Shown here one piece after another: positions 26,591 to 35,657 of a DNA stretch of 38,316 nucleotides. A program made the translations under genes and the position numbers. How positions within the stretch are numbered: the stretch's first letter is position 1; every line of letters begins with the position of its first letter. Below the pieces are notes generated by a model, which was not told the origin of the DNA, did no database searches, and was given only the letters and a program-made list of their open reading frames with translations. The stretch comes from Candidatus Bipolaricaulota bacterium (GTDB lineage: Bacteria > Bipolaricaulota > Bipolaricaulia > M55B111): NCBI GenBank assembly GCA_018334615.1, contig JAGXLP010000002.1:1-38316 (forward strand), given 5' to 3'.

Positions 26591-27232
26591 ATGTCTGTGG
26601 GCAAGGAAAAGAAACTCAATCTCGTTCTGCTAGGAGGGCCCGGCGCTGGAAAGGGCACTCAGGCCGAGAAGCTCGTGGGAGATGGAAATCTGACTCATAT
26701 TGCGACTGGAGATATCTTGCGAGAGGAAGTTGACAGAGAAACGGATCTTGGCCTCCAGGCAAAGGAGTACATGGAAAAAGGAGAGCTGGTTCCGGACGAC
26801 CTGGTCGTAAATATGGTTGAGAAAAGATTGAACGAGGACAAGGGCTATGTTTTTGATGGGTTCCCCCGGACCGTAAATCAGGCAGAAGAGCTTGATGAAG
26901 TGGTAGATCTGGATCTTGTATTATATATTAAAATCGATCAGGAAGAGGCGGTTAGGAGATTGTCGTCACGGAGGGTTTGCTCGGACTGCGGGAAGATCTA
27001 TAATACGATCTTCAAAAAGCCGAATCGGGAAGGAATATGTGATGAATGTGGGGGCGAGCTATATCAACGTTCTGACGACAAGTCCAGGGTTATTCGGGAT
27101 AGGTTTGATACCTTTTTGGAGGAAACAGCCCCGCTAATTGAATACTACCGGGAAAAGGGATTGTTGGAAGAGGTTGATGGAAAGCGGGAACCTGAGACGA
27201 TAAATAGCGAAATTCAGGAAATTATTAGTTAA
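26591..27232 (+). CDS. adk: Adenylate kinase with a zinc-binding lid
   Basis: P-loop GGPGAGKGTQ and lid CSDCGKIYN...CDECGG. Confidence 0.96.
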   Translation: MSVGKEKKLNLVLLGGPGAGKGTQAEKLVGDGNLTHIATGDILREEVDRETDLGLQAKEYMEKGELVPDDLVVNMVEKRLNEDKGYVFDGFPRTVNQAEELDEVVDLDLVLYIKIDQEEAVRRLSSRRVCSDCGKIYNTIFKKPNREGICDECGGELYQRSDDKSRVIRDRFDTFLEETAPLIEYYREKGLLEEVDGKREPETINSEIQEIIS

Positions 27233-27243
27233 AGCGATTATTA

Positions 27244-28032
27244 ATGATAAAGATAAAATCCGATTTTGAACTTGAAATTATGAGAGAAAATGCTAGCATT
27301 TTGCGAGGCATTCTGGGTAATGTTGTATCCAGGGTAGAGCCAGGCGTGACTACTCTGGAACTGGACGAGTACGCCGAAGAATTGATAGTAAGCGCTGGTG
27401 CAAAGCCTGCATTCAAAAATTATCGTGGTTTTCCCCATTCTTTGTGTACCTCGTTAAATGAGGAGATAGTTCATGGGATTCCCGGTGAAAGTGTAATCAG
27501 CTCGGGGGACGTACTCTCGCTTGATATAGGAATAGAACGAGAGGGCCTTTTTGCTGATTTTGCCACTACAGTCCCTGTTGATGATGTCGGAAAAAGTAAG
27601 ATGGATCTTATCAATGTAACCAACGAGGCTCTTACAAAAGGTTTAAATAAGGTTATTCCCGGCAATCGTGTTGGCGATGTCTCTCATGCAATTGGTTCAT
27701 ACGTCAATCAGAAAGGGTACTTCGTGGTTAAGGAATTTGTAGGGCACGGAATCGGAAGAGAAATGCATGAGGATCCTCAGATACCGAACTTCGGGGAACC
27801 AGATACGGGGGAAAGGATACACGAGGGTATGGTTTTCTGTATAGAGCCAATGGTCAAACGGGATGAGGAGAAAGTGGAAGTTTTGGACGATGGCTGGACG
27901 ACGGTTACTGCAGGTCGTGAGGTGTCTGCACACTTTGAGGGAATGGTTGCTGCCACTGAGGATGGACCGGAGGTTCTTGTAAGGGGTGGTTTACAAAGGC
28001 CATGGCAGAAAAAGAAGACGATGACATCATAA
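27244..28032 (+). CDS. map: Methionine aminopeptidase type I
   Basis: VHGIPG, DIG..., EFVGHGIG and FCIEPM metal-ligand contexts. Confidence 0.94.
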   Translation: MIKIKSDFELEIMRENASILRGILGNVVSRVEPGVTTLELDEYAEELIVSAGAKPAFKNYRGFPHSLCTSLNEEIVHGIPGESVISSGDVLSLDIGIEREGLFADFATTVPVDDVGKSKMDLINVTNEALTKGLNKVIPGNRVGDVSHAIGSYVNQKGYFVVKEFVGHGIGREMHEDPQIPNFGEPDTGERIHEGMVFCIEPMVKRDEEKVEVLDDGWTTVTAGREVSAHFEGMVAATEDGPEVLVRGGLQRPWQKKKTMTS

Positions 28033-28229
28033 GAAAACGAGGCGAGATTATCGAAGCTTTGCCGGACTCGATGTTTAAGGTTGAACTAGATAATGGCCAC
28101 GAGGCAATATGTCATATCTCCGGTAAGATAAGAAAGCACTTTATTAGGATTGTTCCGGGGGACAGAGTTTTGGTAGAGTTTTCACCCCATGATTTAAGCA
28201 AAGGTAGGATTGTCTACCGTGAATCCTGA
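28002..28229 (+). CDS. infA: Translation initiation factor IF-1
   Basis: [53 protein letters not shown]. Overlaps the map tail by 31 nt. Confidence 0.95.
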   Translation: MAEKEDDDIIRKRGEIIEALPDSMFKVELDNGHEAICHISGKIRKHFIRIVPGDRVLVEFSPHDLSKGRIVYRES

Positions 28230-28246
28230 TTCGTGAGGGGGTACCC

Positions 28247-28360
28247 ATGAAGGTTAGAAGTTCAGTAAAGAAGATATGTGACGATTGTAAAATCATAAAG
28301 CGTAATGGTCGGGTAGAAGTTATATGCAAGAACCCAAAGCACAGGCAGCGCCAGGGTTAA
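28247..28360 (+). CDS. rpmJ: 50S ribosomal protein L36 (37 aa, below the ORF-track cutoff)
   Basis: My own translation is [40 protein letters not shown] 28247 follows GAGGGGG. Confidence 0.93.
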   Translation: MKVRSSVKKICDDCKIIKRNGRVEVICKNPKHRQRQG

Positions 28361-28382
28361 CTAAAACAATAGGTGATCAAGG

Positions 28383-28742
28383 ATGCCAAGGTTAGCAGGT
28401 GTGGATATTCCGGAAGATAAGAAGGTTAAAATTTCCCTTACTTACATCAAGGGTATTGGTGGCAGTCGGGCAAAAAAAGTTGCAGAGAAATCGGGTGTAG
28501 ATCCCGATGAGTTTGTTCACGAACTTACCGAAGCGGATGTGGCTAAACTTAGAAACGCTATTGACGAATATCGTGTAGAAGGTGATCTCGAACGGAAGGT
28601 CGAAGCAGATATTCAGAGATTAAAAGATATCGATTGTTACCGAGGAGAACGACATAAGGTTGGTTTACCAGTTCACGGCCAAAAGACCCAGTCCAATGCG
28701 AGAACTTGGAAAGGTCCAAGGGAAGCGAAGGCAGGCAAGTAA
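28383..28742 (+). CDS. rpsM: 30S ribosomal protein S13
   Basis: PRLAGVDIP and YRGERHKVGLPVHGQKT. Confidence 0.97.
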   Translation: MPRLAGVDIPEDKKVKISLTYIKGIGGSRAKKVAEKSGVDPDEFVHELTEADVAKLRNAIDEYRVEGDLERKVEADIQRLKDIDCYRGERHKVGLPVHGQKTQSNARTWKGPREAKAGK

Positions 28743-28768
28743 GGGCTATGAAACGGGGAGAGATTTAA

Positions 28769-29104
28769 TTGGCACGAAAACAGATTGAGCTAAATAAGGC
28801 GCGAGTTCATGTAAATGCTTCTTTTAATAACACTATATTGACGCTCACTGATACCGATGGGGATGTAATTTCCTGGGTTACTCCGGGAGCAGTTGGATTT
28901 AAGGGATCTAGAAAAGGAACTCCTTATGCTGCCCAGGTAGCTGCGGAAAACCTGGTTGAACAATTACGAGATTATGGAGTTAAATCAGTTATTGTAACGG
29001 TAAAAGGGACTGGTTCCGGAAGAAATTCCGTTATTCAGACGATTGAGGGGGCTGGCATAGAGGTTACGAAAGTCTCGAACATTACCCCGCGGGCCCATAG
29101 TTAA
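28769..29104 (+). CDS. rpsK: 30S ribosomal protein S11, lacking the conserved C-terminal tail
   Basis: ASFNNT and GFKGSRKGTPYAAQ. TTG start after GGGGAGA. It ends ...NITPRAHS* instead of ...TPIPHNGCRPPKRRRV. Confidence 0.9.
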   Translation: MARKQIELNKARVHVNASFNNTILTLTDTDGDVISWVTPGAVGFKGSRKGTPYAAQVAAENLVEQLRDYGVKSVIVTVKGTGSGRNSVIQTIEGAGIEVTKVSNITPRAHS

Positions 29105-29122
29105 AAGGAGGGTATTGACAAA

Positions 29123-29746
29123 ATGGGAAGAGATACCAAAGCTAAATGTAAGAAATGTAGACGTGAAGGGTCAAAGCTTTTTCTAAAAGGGGAAAAGTGT
29201 TATTCGGATAAATGCCCGTTAACTAGAAAATCCTATCCTCCTGGTGAGGCAGGGGAAAGTAGGTCCCGTTGGTCACAGTACAGAATAAGGTTGCGGGAAA
29301 AACAGAAAGCTCGACGTATTTATGGTTTGCGGGAAGAGCAGTTCAGGAAGTATTTTGAACAGTCGAAATCAGGCAAAGAAGTCACCGGAGAAGCCCTTCT
29401 GAGGAAACTGGAGAAAAGGCTGGATAACGTCCTCTACAGAAGTGGATTGGCCCAATCTCGCGACCAGGCACGACAGTTAATAAACCACGGGCACATTGAG
29501 GTAAATGGTCGTTCGGTTGATATCCCCTCGTATATGACTGAAGAGGGGGATGTAGTGGCGTTTAAGGAAAATTCGAGGAGTAAAGAAGGACTGCGGAGTC
29601 TGATGAACGAAGATAGCGTCCGTATTCCGCCTTGGATTGACTTAGAGCCCGATAATATGAGAGCTTCTGTCTTATCCGAACCCGCTATTGATGATGTGGA
29701 AGAATCGCTTCAAGTTAACCGGATTGTAGAATTCTACTCTCGATAA
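29123..29746 (+). CDS. rpsD: 30S ribosomal protein S4, with an N-terminal Cys4 zinc finger
   Basis: CKKCRREG...CYSDKC and the S4 RNA-binding domain RLDNVLYRSGLAQSRDQARQLINHGHIEVNG. Confidence 0.97.
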   Translation: MGRDTKAKCKKCRREGSKLFLKGEKCYSDKCPLTRKSYPPGEAGESRSRWSQYRIRLREKQKARRIYGLREEQFRKYFEQSKSGKEVTGEALLRKLEKRLDNVLYRSGLAQSRDQARQLINHGHIEVNGRSVDIPSYMTEEGDVVAFKENSRSKEGLRSLMNEDSVRIPPWIDLEPDNMRASVLSEPAIDDVEESLQVNRIVEFYSR

Positions 29747-29771
29747 AGTTTTTATAGATAGCGGAGGGCTA

Positions 29772-30731
29772 ATGTTAGAATATATTGAACCGGAAGACGT
29801 ACATTTTGAAGAACTGCAAAGTAAATATGGTCGTCTTGTAGTCGGCCCTCTGGAAAGAGGGATGGGAACTACTCTTGGAAATTCCCTGCGACGAGTACTG
29901 ATGTCAATGATACCTGGTGCTGCAGTGACCCGGGTTAGGTTTGATGGGAAGTACCATGAATACGATACTATAGAGGGTGTGCGAGAAGATATCATTGAAA
30001 TTATTATGAATGTCAAGGAGCTTTCTTTACGACTGGATAGGGCGGAAAAGCGGAAGATATATTTGGAAGCAGACGAACCTGGTGAAGTAACCGCTGACGA
30101 TTTGCAGGTGGAATCGGGAATAGAGGTTACCAATCCTGATCACGTTTTAGCCCACCTCTCGGATGGCGCCGAATTGAATATGGAAATGGACGTAGAGGCC
30201 GGCAAAGGATATAGGTCCGCGGATGAAAATAAGGTGGAAGATTCTCCCTTATCAGTGATTCCGATTGATTCGGATTTTTCTTCCATTAGGAATGTAGACT
30301 TTGAAGTCTCCAGGGTTCGCGCCGGGGGTAGAGAGGACTGCGACAGATTGGAGCTCGAGCTGGAGACGGATGGGGGAATTCGACCTGAAGAAGCAGTCGG
30401 CAGGGCGTCGAGGATACTTGCCAGAAGGTACGAGCTGTTTTCTAACCTGCCCGAACATCCTTTTGGGGAGTTGGGGACGTTGCAGGAAGTGGAAGAAGAG
30501 GTTCCGGAGGAGTTCGAGGAACGACTTGAAGACCTTGGGTTCAACCAACGTGCCTGTAACCTTCTTCAGGAAAAGGGCGTAGACACCTTGGAAGATTTAT
30601 TAGAACAGACGTCTGATAAGTTGCTTGATATTCACGGTTTTGGGAGTAAAACATTGCAAAAGGTAGAGGAGAAACTGGACGAACTTGGTTATGCTTTGGT
30701 TGATAAGGAGGAAGATGACGATGGATCATAA
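29772..30731 (+). CDS. rpoA: DNA-directed RNA polymerase subunit alpha
   Basis: LERGMGTTLGNSLRRVLMS and a C-terminal domain with NQRACNLLQEKGVDTLEDLL. Confidence 0.96.
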   Translation: MLEYIEPEDVHFEELQSKYGRLVVGPLERGMGTTLGNSLRRVLMSMIPGAAVTRVRFDGKYHEYDTIEGVREDIIEIIMNVKELSLRLDRAEKRKIYLEADEPGEVTADDLQVESGIEVTNPDHVLAHLSDGAELNMEMDVEAGKGYRSADENKVEDSPLSVIPIDSDFSSIRNVDFEVSRVRAGGREDCDRLELELETDGGIRPEEAVGRASRILARRYELFSNLPEHPFGELGTLQEVEEEVPEEFEERLEDLGFNQRACNLLQEKGVDTLEDLLEQTSDKLLDIHGFGSKTLQKVEEKLDELGYALVDKEEDDDGS

Positions 30732-31071
30732 AACAAAAGGTTGGAATCTTGCCAAGTCTAGCCACCAGAAGAGTATGCTCGCTAATTTGGTAAAGGATCT
30801 CATTCGACATGGAAAGGTTGATACCACCGTTACGAAGGCAAAAGAAGCCAGTCGATTCGCCGATAGGATGGTTACTCTGGCAAAGAAGGGAGACGGTCAG
30901 GCCAGAAGGAAAGCATTTAGTTTCCTCAACGATAAGAAGGCAGTTTCAAAGCTATTTGAAGAAGTTGCAAACGGTTATGAAGATAGGCAGGGTGGTTATA
31001 CGCGAGTATTACGACTGCCTCCAAGACGGGGAGATGGAGCAGAGATGGCCCGGCTTACTTTTGTCGAATAA
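30721..31071 (+). CDS. rplQ: 50S ribosomal protein L17
   Basis: SSHQKSMLANLVKDLIRHGKVDTTVTKAKE and GGYTRVLRLPPRRGDGAEMA. ATG 30721 lies 9 nt after AAGGAGG; ATG 30715 is also possible. Confidence 0.93.
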   Translation: MDHKTKGWNLAKSSHQKSMLANLVKDLIRHGKVDTTVTKAKEASRFADRMVTLAKKGDGQARRKAFSFLNDKKAVSKLFEEVANGYEDRQGGYTRVLRLPPRRGDGAEMARLTFVE

Positions 31072-31111
31072 ATTATTCCGTAAGAAGTAGGATTTTTGAC
31101 GATACCATTTG

Positions 31112-31156
31112 AAAACCCCGCTTTATCAAAGATTAGCGGGGTTTTTCTTTTTTTAT
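31112..31156. terminator. Rho-independent terminator, probably bidirectional, between rplQ(+) and the HD-hydrolase gene(-)
   Basis: AAAACCCCGC (31112-31121) pairs with GCGGGGTTTT (31136-31145) around a 14-nt loop. It is followed by TTTTTCTTTTTTT and preceded by an A-run. Confidence 0.85.
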
Positions 31157-31246
31157 CGCCCTGTTTTTCCTGTCCAAAGCTGAAATTCTAAATAGCTCGA
31201 GATGGTAACTTGGTTATAAAGTTTAGGGTCAAAGAAAAAAAAGAAA

Positions 31247-31789
31247 CTAGAGCCCCAGTTCGCCCTGAATCTTCTGCATGCCTGTTAATACCAGGTTGAA
31301 GAACTCCTTAAGTTCAAACCCCATCTCCTCGCAGCTTGCTATTGCCTCTCTATCAACCGATTTTGCAAAGCTGCTTTCGTCGTATCGGTTCTTGATGAAA
31401 TCTGGATCCATGTCTTCGAGGCCCTCTGGATGTACTAAGGCCCCGGCTACGATTAAGCCGGTTAAAGGGTCTATGGCGTAAATTGCTTTTTCCATGTTTG
31501 TTGTGGCGGGTTTTTGGCCTGCATGGGCCTGTATCGCGTCAAGTTGTTTGTTTGAGAGATCGTATTCCTTGAGCATCCCGACTGTCTTAATCCCATGTTG
31601 GTCCGGGTCGTCCTTAGTATCTTCATAATCGAGATCGTGTAGAAGACCTGCGATTCCCCATTCTTCCTCATCCTCGTCGAAGTAACTGGCGAGTTCCCTC
31701 ATTCCCGCTTCTACTGCCTTCATGTGTTTTATTAAATTGTCTTCTGATATGTTTTCCTTTACTAGGTCTAAAGCAGTTTCTCTGTTCAA
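31247..31789 (-). CDS. HD-superfamily metal-dependent phosphohydrolase
   Basis: H...HD motif (HMKAV...GLLHDLDYE) and a downstream His (AIQAHAG). TTG start 6 nt after GGGTGA. Confidence 0.7.
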   Translation of the reverse strand: MNRETALDLVKENISEDNLIKHMKAVEAGMRELASYFDEDEEEWGIAGLLHDLDYEDTKDDPDQHGIKTVGMLKEYDLSNKQLDAIQAHAGQKPATTNMEKAIYAIDPLTGLIVAGALVHPEGLEDMDPDFIKNRYDESSFAKSVDREAIASCEEMGFELKEFFNLVLTGMQKIQGELGL

Positions 31790-31802
31790 GTTTTATCACC
31801 CG

Positions 31803-32687
31803 TCAGGAGTTATTGTTTAATTGTGAGTTCCATTGTTCGTCTACCACGCGTGTGCTGGAAAGAGAAGCAAGAAATCCCAGGACTATACCCAGAAGGATTG
31901 ACCAGGCCATTGTGATAAGCAGGGAAGTGCTGTTCAATAATCCCGATAGCTGTTGGCTTAACCAAAGTCCACTAATAGACCACGCAGAAAGTGCAAACAG
32001 AAGTAAAATGCTCAACACAGACCCGATAAAGCCAGTGAGTGAACCGAGTATTACCAGCGGTAGTTTTACCGAAAATCTGGAAAGACCGGAATATTTTACT
32101 ATCTGAAGCTCTCCTTCCCAGCTGTCGAGTATATCTCTGGCGGTAGATCGAATAAAGTAAAAGGTCATGGCAGCCAGGAGGACGCCGATTAAGAGGATTA
32201 TAATTTTCACCCACAGCGTCAGTGAATCGGACCTACGGGACTGAGATAAGTTTGAAAGAGTAGAAACCATTTCTATCTGTGGTTGAGTTTTTAGTTCCTC
32301 CAGTAATTTCTCCCTGTCGGAAGTTTTAATCAGGAAAAAATCTGAATCACCCGAAAATTCCGGTGGTATACTGAGTATTCCCTGTTGAACTTCTTCTGAC
32401 AGCACCAGGATAATGTTTTCCACTGACTCCAGTCTTCGGAGAGACAGGTAAAGGTCGTTAATTGAACCTGCGGAAAGTCCTGGTTTAATCTGGGTTAGCG
32501 TATTGTGATTCTCGGGAAAATTTTTTAGATCGTTGGAGACTTTCGGTGGTTGGTTTTTTGGAAGCAGAAGCACATAGATAAGGACTATGAAGATAAAAAT
32601 AGATAACAGCGCGCCGAGGACCTTTCCATACTTACCCCGGTCCATCAAGCCCCCGAACTCTCTGATGAAATAGAAACTTTTTTTCAT
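31803..32687 (-). CDS. ftsX: Cell-division ABC transporter permease FtsX
   Basis: TM1, an extracytoplasmic domain and three C-terminal TMs. The FtsX box ELQIVKYSGLSRFSVKLPLVILG corresponds to the family EIEIM.LVGAT.WFIR.PF. Confidence 0.8.
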   Translation of the reverse strand: MKKSFYFIREFGGLMDRGKYGKVLGALLSIFIFIVLIYVLLLPKNQPPKVSNDLKNFPENHNTLTQIKPGLSAGSINDLYLSLRRLESVENIILVLSEEVQQGILSIPPEFSGDSDFFLIKTSDREKLLEELKTQPQIEMVSTLSNLSQSRRSDSLTLWVKIIILLIGVLLAAMTFYFIRSTARDILDSWEGELQIVKYSGLSRFSVKLPLVILGSLTGFIGSVLSILLLFALSAWSISGLWLSQQLSGLLNSTSLLITMAWSILLGIVLGFLASLSSTRVVDEQWNSQLNNNS

Positions 32688-32693
32688 TTTAGT

Positions 32694-33359
32694 TTAACCG
32701 ACGACCCTGCTGTCCAGGTTGCTTTCAATTTTCCTGACTCTGTCAAAATTTCCGCTTAAATCATCCGTCAGTAACAAAACGCTCAATCCTTTTTCTTCGT
32801 TAACCCGATACAACACCTTTAATATTTCCTCTTTCTCTTGTGAGTTTAAGGCCAGAAACGGTTCGTGGCAAACAAGTAGGTCGGGATTGTTTACTATGGA
32901 TATAGCTAAACTGGTTTTAGCTTTTTTTGTCTCTTCTCTCTGTCGGCAGAGAGCTTCCCTCTCGTCCTCCAGTCCAGTTAGTTGGAGAGTTTCCTCCAGG
33001 CGTTCTTCGAGGTCTCGGGGCATCTCCGTAACTGCTAACTTGAATTTCAGGGCTTGAAGGACCGTCTTATTTTCTGGTAATGGAAACTCTCTTGGGAGGA
33101 AACTAACCTCCTCTCTTAACATTCTTTTTCTTTTTTTTGGGCTTAACCTAACGATATTTCTGTCCGCGAGAACTATCTGGCCCGAGCTTGGAGATATATC
33201 CCCGGTTAATACGTCAAAAAGGGTATCGTACTGTATTGTCGTCATGTCGGCAAGTTGAGCAATATCCCCTTGATCCAATGTGAAGCTTAAATTTTCCAGT
33301 AATACCTCTTCGTCCCCATCGTAAACAGACAACTCGGCAATTTGTACGATCTTTGACAT
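32694..33359 (-). CDS. FtsE-like ABC nucleotide-binding-domain homolog with all catalytic motifs degenerate
   Basis: Collinear with FtsE and immediately upstream of ftsX. The Walker A position reads ADMTTIQYDT, the signature position LCRQREE, Walker B LLVCHEPF and the H-loop LLTDD. Confidence 0.7.
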   Translation of the reverse strand: MSKIVQIAELSVYDGDEEVLLENLSFTLDQGDIAQLADMTTIQYDTLFDVLTGDISPSSGQIVLADRNIVRLSPKKRKRMLREEVSFLPREFPLPENKTVLQALKFKLAVTEMPRDLEERLEETLQLTGLEDEREALCRQREETKKAKTSLAISIVNNPDLLVCHEPFLALNSQEKEEILKVLYRVNEEKGLSVLLLTDDLSGNFDRVRKIESNLDSRVVG

Positions 33360-33361
33360 AT

Positions 33362-34222
33362 TTACTCCCCTTTTCTGGCGTATAAAATTCTATCCTTTCC
33401 CTGGAGATCTTCCAACAATTTTATCTTACTCAAATTAACTGAGGAAGCACAGTCTTTTATTTTATCGCCCTGGGCGTGCCCTATTTCGAGAAAAATAGCG
33501 CCGTTCTCGGTTAGGTACTCTTCCACCCCTGATAAAATATGTTTGATCTCTCGTAACCCTTCTTTTCCTCCGTTTAAAGCCTCGATAGGCTCGTGATCCT
33601 TAATTTCAGCCTTCAATTCAACTATTTCTGAACTTGCCACGTAAGGCGGGTTGGAGACTATCAGATCGAATGTGCCACTAACATCGGAAAACCAGTCCGA
33701 CTGGAGAAATTCTATTTGATCTCCCAGGTTATTTTTTTCGGCGTTGATCTTTGCCAGTTCTAGAGCGTCGGCGCTCTTATCCACTGCCGTGACCTTTGGT
33801 TGGACTAAAAACCGAGCCATTGCTATTGCAATTGCTCCCGAGCCGGTCCCCAGATCCAGTACGGTTAGGTTCTTTTGTTCTCTAAACCGAGAAAGGATTT
33901 CTTCCGTCATGTTTTCCGTTTCGGGTCTGGGAATCAGGGCTCGATCGTCAATCTTTAAAGTAAATCCCATAAAGGAAACCTGATTTGTTATGTATTGTAA
34001 GGGTTGACCTGATTTCCTCTCTTTAACTAAGGGTCTAAAATTATCCAATTCCTTTTTGTCTAACGGTCTGTCCGGGTTAGTGTAGAGTTTTAATCTATCT
34101 ATATCCAGGGTATGAGCTAAGAGCTTTTCTGCTTCCAGACGCGATCTTTCGACCCCCGCCCCCTTAAAATAATCCCTTGTCCAGTCTAAAATCTCTTTTA
34201 CTGTCCAAGTTTTTGGCAGGAT
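33362..34222 (-). CDS. prmC: Release-factor glutamine N5-methyltransferase PrmC/HemK; 5' end uncertain
   Basis: SAM motif VLDLGTGSGAIA and catalytic NPPY (IVSNPPYV). A conserved N-domain-like reading frame (TVKEILDWTRDYFKGAGVERSRLEAEKLLAH) continues upstream of the first canonical start (TTG 34048) as far as the stop at 34226-34228. Confidence 0.75.
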   Translation of the reverse strand: MLPKTWTVKEILDWTRDYFKGAGVERSRLEAEKLLAHTLDIDRLKLYTNPDRPLDKKELDNFRPLVKERKSGQPLQYITNQVSFMGFTLKIDDRALIPRPETENMTEEILSRFREQKNLTVLDLGTGSGAIAIAMARFLVQPKVTAVDKSADALELAKINAEKNNLGDQIEFLQSDWFSDVSGTFDLIVSNPPYVASSEIVELKAEIKDHEPIEALNGGKEGLREIKHILSGVEEYLTENGAIFLEIGHAQGDKIKDCASSVNLSKIKLLEDLQGKDRILYARKGE

Positions 34223-34431
34223 ATATCACTCAACTTTAAAAGTTTTATAAGTGGTTTCTAAAGCGAATTTAAGGATATCATAACATTGCAAAAAGGTCAA
34301 GTCGCCGCTAAACTTTCTTATTGATTGTTTGCCTTTGCTCTCGGGGAAAACGTCTCTTATATATAAGTCATGCTACCTGGGGGAAGGATAGATCGAGCAA
34401 CTTGAAGATTGAATTAACTGGAGGCTAGTTA

Positions 34432-34935
34432 ATGAAGAGAATATCTTTGCTTGTACTGTTAATTGCCGGCCTGCTTTTTTCCTTATCCGGTTGTTCCTTG
34501 TTTAATCAAGGTCCCGATATTCAGAATTGGCAGCCCGTTGCCTCTCCAGATGGTAGGGAGATGATTTTTTCTACCAAAGTGGACGGAAATTTCCAGCTCA
34601 TCTGGTTTGACCCCGAAACAAAAGAGAGAAAACAGATAACCCGGAATGATTACGACGACTGGGGTCCGGACTGGGGACCTGAGGGTGAAAGAATAGTCTT
34701 CGTGTCCAAGAGGAATGACAATACAGACATTTACTCCGTGAACGTGGATGGTTCCGAGGAAACCAGGTTAACCACTAACTCGTCTCAGGATGTAAATCCG
34801 AGATGGAGTGGTACTTCTAAAGTTGTTTTCAACTCGGACAGAACGGGTTCCTGGGAGATATTTACCGTCACACTTCCCGACAAAAGCATAAACCAGGTTA
34901 CTAGCTCGTCAGGTGAAGAAGGGGAAGAGGGATAA
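34432..34935 (+). CDS. Small lipoprotein with TolB-like (PD40) beta-propeller repeats
   Basis: Signal peptide with lipobox LSGC. Repeated SPDG..I.F.S.R.G..DI/EI... blades. Confidence 0.7.
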   Translation: MKRISLLVLLIAGLLFSLSGCSLFNQGPDIQNWQPVASPDGREMIFSTKVDGNFQLIWFDPETKERKQITRNDYDDWGPDWGPEGERIVFVSKRNDNTDIYSVNVDGSEETRLTTNSSQDVNPRWSGTSKVVFNSDRTGSWEIFTVTLPDKSINQVTSSSGEEGEEG

Positions 34936-34944
34936 ATCCGGAAA

Positions 34945-35634
34945 ATGTACGGAGAATACACGGTCGGGGTGGTGATATTAGCCGCCGGCAGAAGTGAGCG
35001 GATGGCCGGACGGTTAAACAAGGTTTATCAAGAGGTACTTGGGTCTCCCGTGTTAAACTATTCAATATCTACCTTCATCGGTACTGGAGCAGTTGACGAG
35101 TTCGTTTTGGTGTTCAATGAGAAGGATGAGGATATGTTGGAGAGCCGAGTACTATCCACCGTGGAAGTAGATGTACCGATAGAAACCGTTCCCGGAGGCG
35201 AAAGACGGCAGGACTCCTCCCGAGCGGGATTAGAATATATGGATACGGATTACGTTTTTGTTCACGATGGTGCAAGACCGTACTTTAGTTCTCAATTGGC
35301 CGAAACTCTTCTGGAAGCGGCTGTAGAACACCGTGCCGCGTTTCCCGGTGTTAAACCCGTTGATACTATTCGGGAAAACAAAGAGGGTTTTGCCGGTCCT
35401 ACCGTAGACAGAGATAAACTTGTCAGAGTACAAACCCCTCAATGTTTTGAGAGAGATCTCGTCTTCGGGGCTATCGATAAGTCGGTAAAACAGAATGAGT
35501 ATTATTCGGACGACGCCGCAGCGGTCATGAATTATGCTAATTTAAAGCCACGGGTAGTCCGGGGAGAAAGGGGTAATATAAAATTGACTACCGAAGAAGA
35601 TATTAAATTTATCGAGTTACTCCTTTCTTCTTAG
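34945..35634 (+). CDS. ispD: 2-C-methyl-D-erythritol 4-phosphate cytidylyltransferase
   Basis: VVILAAGRSERM, GGERRQDS, VHDGARP and VQTPQ.F. Confidence 0.9.
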   Translation: MYGEYTVGVVILAAGRSERMAGRLNKVYQEVLGSPVLNYSISTFIGTGAVDEFVLVFNEKDEDMLESRVLSTVEVDVPIETVPGGERRQDSSRAGLEYMDTDYVFVHDGARPYFSSQLAETLLEAAVEHRAAFPGVKPVDTIRENKEGFAGPTVDRDKLVRVQTPQCFERDLVFGAIDKSVKQNEYYSDDAAAVMNYANLKPRVVRGERGNIKLTTEEDIKFIELLLSS

Positions 35635-35657
35635 GCTAATATTTTGGTCCGATTCGT

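Noticed and set aside
28002-28032. The 31-nt overlap between the map tail and the infA start, considered as a possible recoding or fusion signal.
   Set aside because: Both proteins are complete and canonical in their own frames. The map tail ([16 protein letters not shown]) is just a short non-conserved extension, and gene overlaps are common throughout this cluster.
29088-29122. A +1 frame across the rpsK stop reads ...GPIVKRRV, reminiscent of the normal S11 C-terminus (KRRRV). This could suggest a frameshift.
   Set aside because: The KRRV codons are simply the AAAAGGAGGGTA Shine-Dalgarno region of rpsD. That frame lacks the PHNGCRP core and has no stop until about 25 codons into rpsD.
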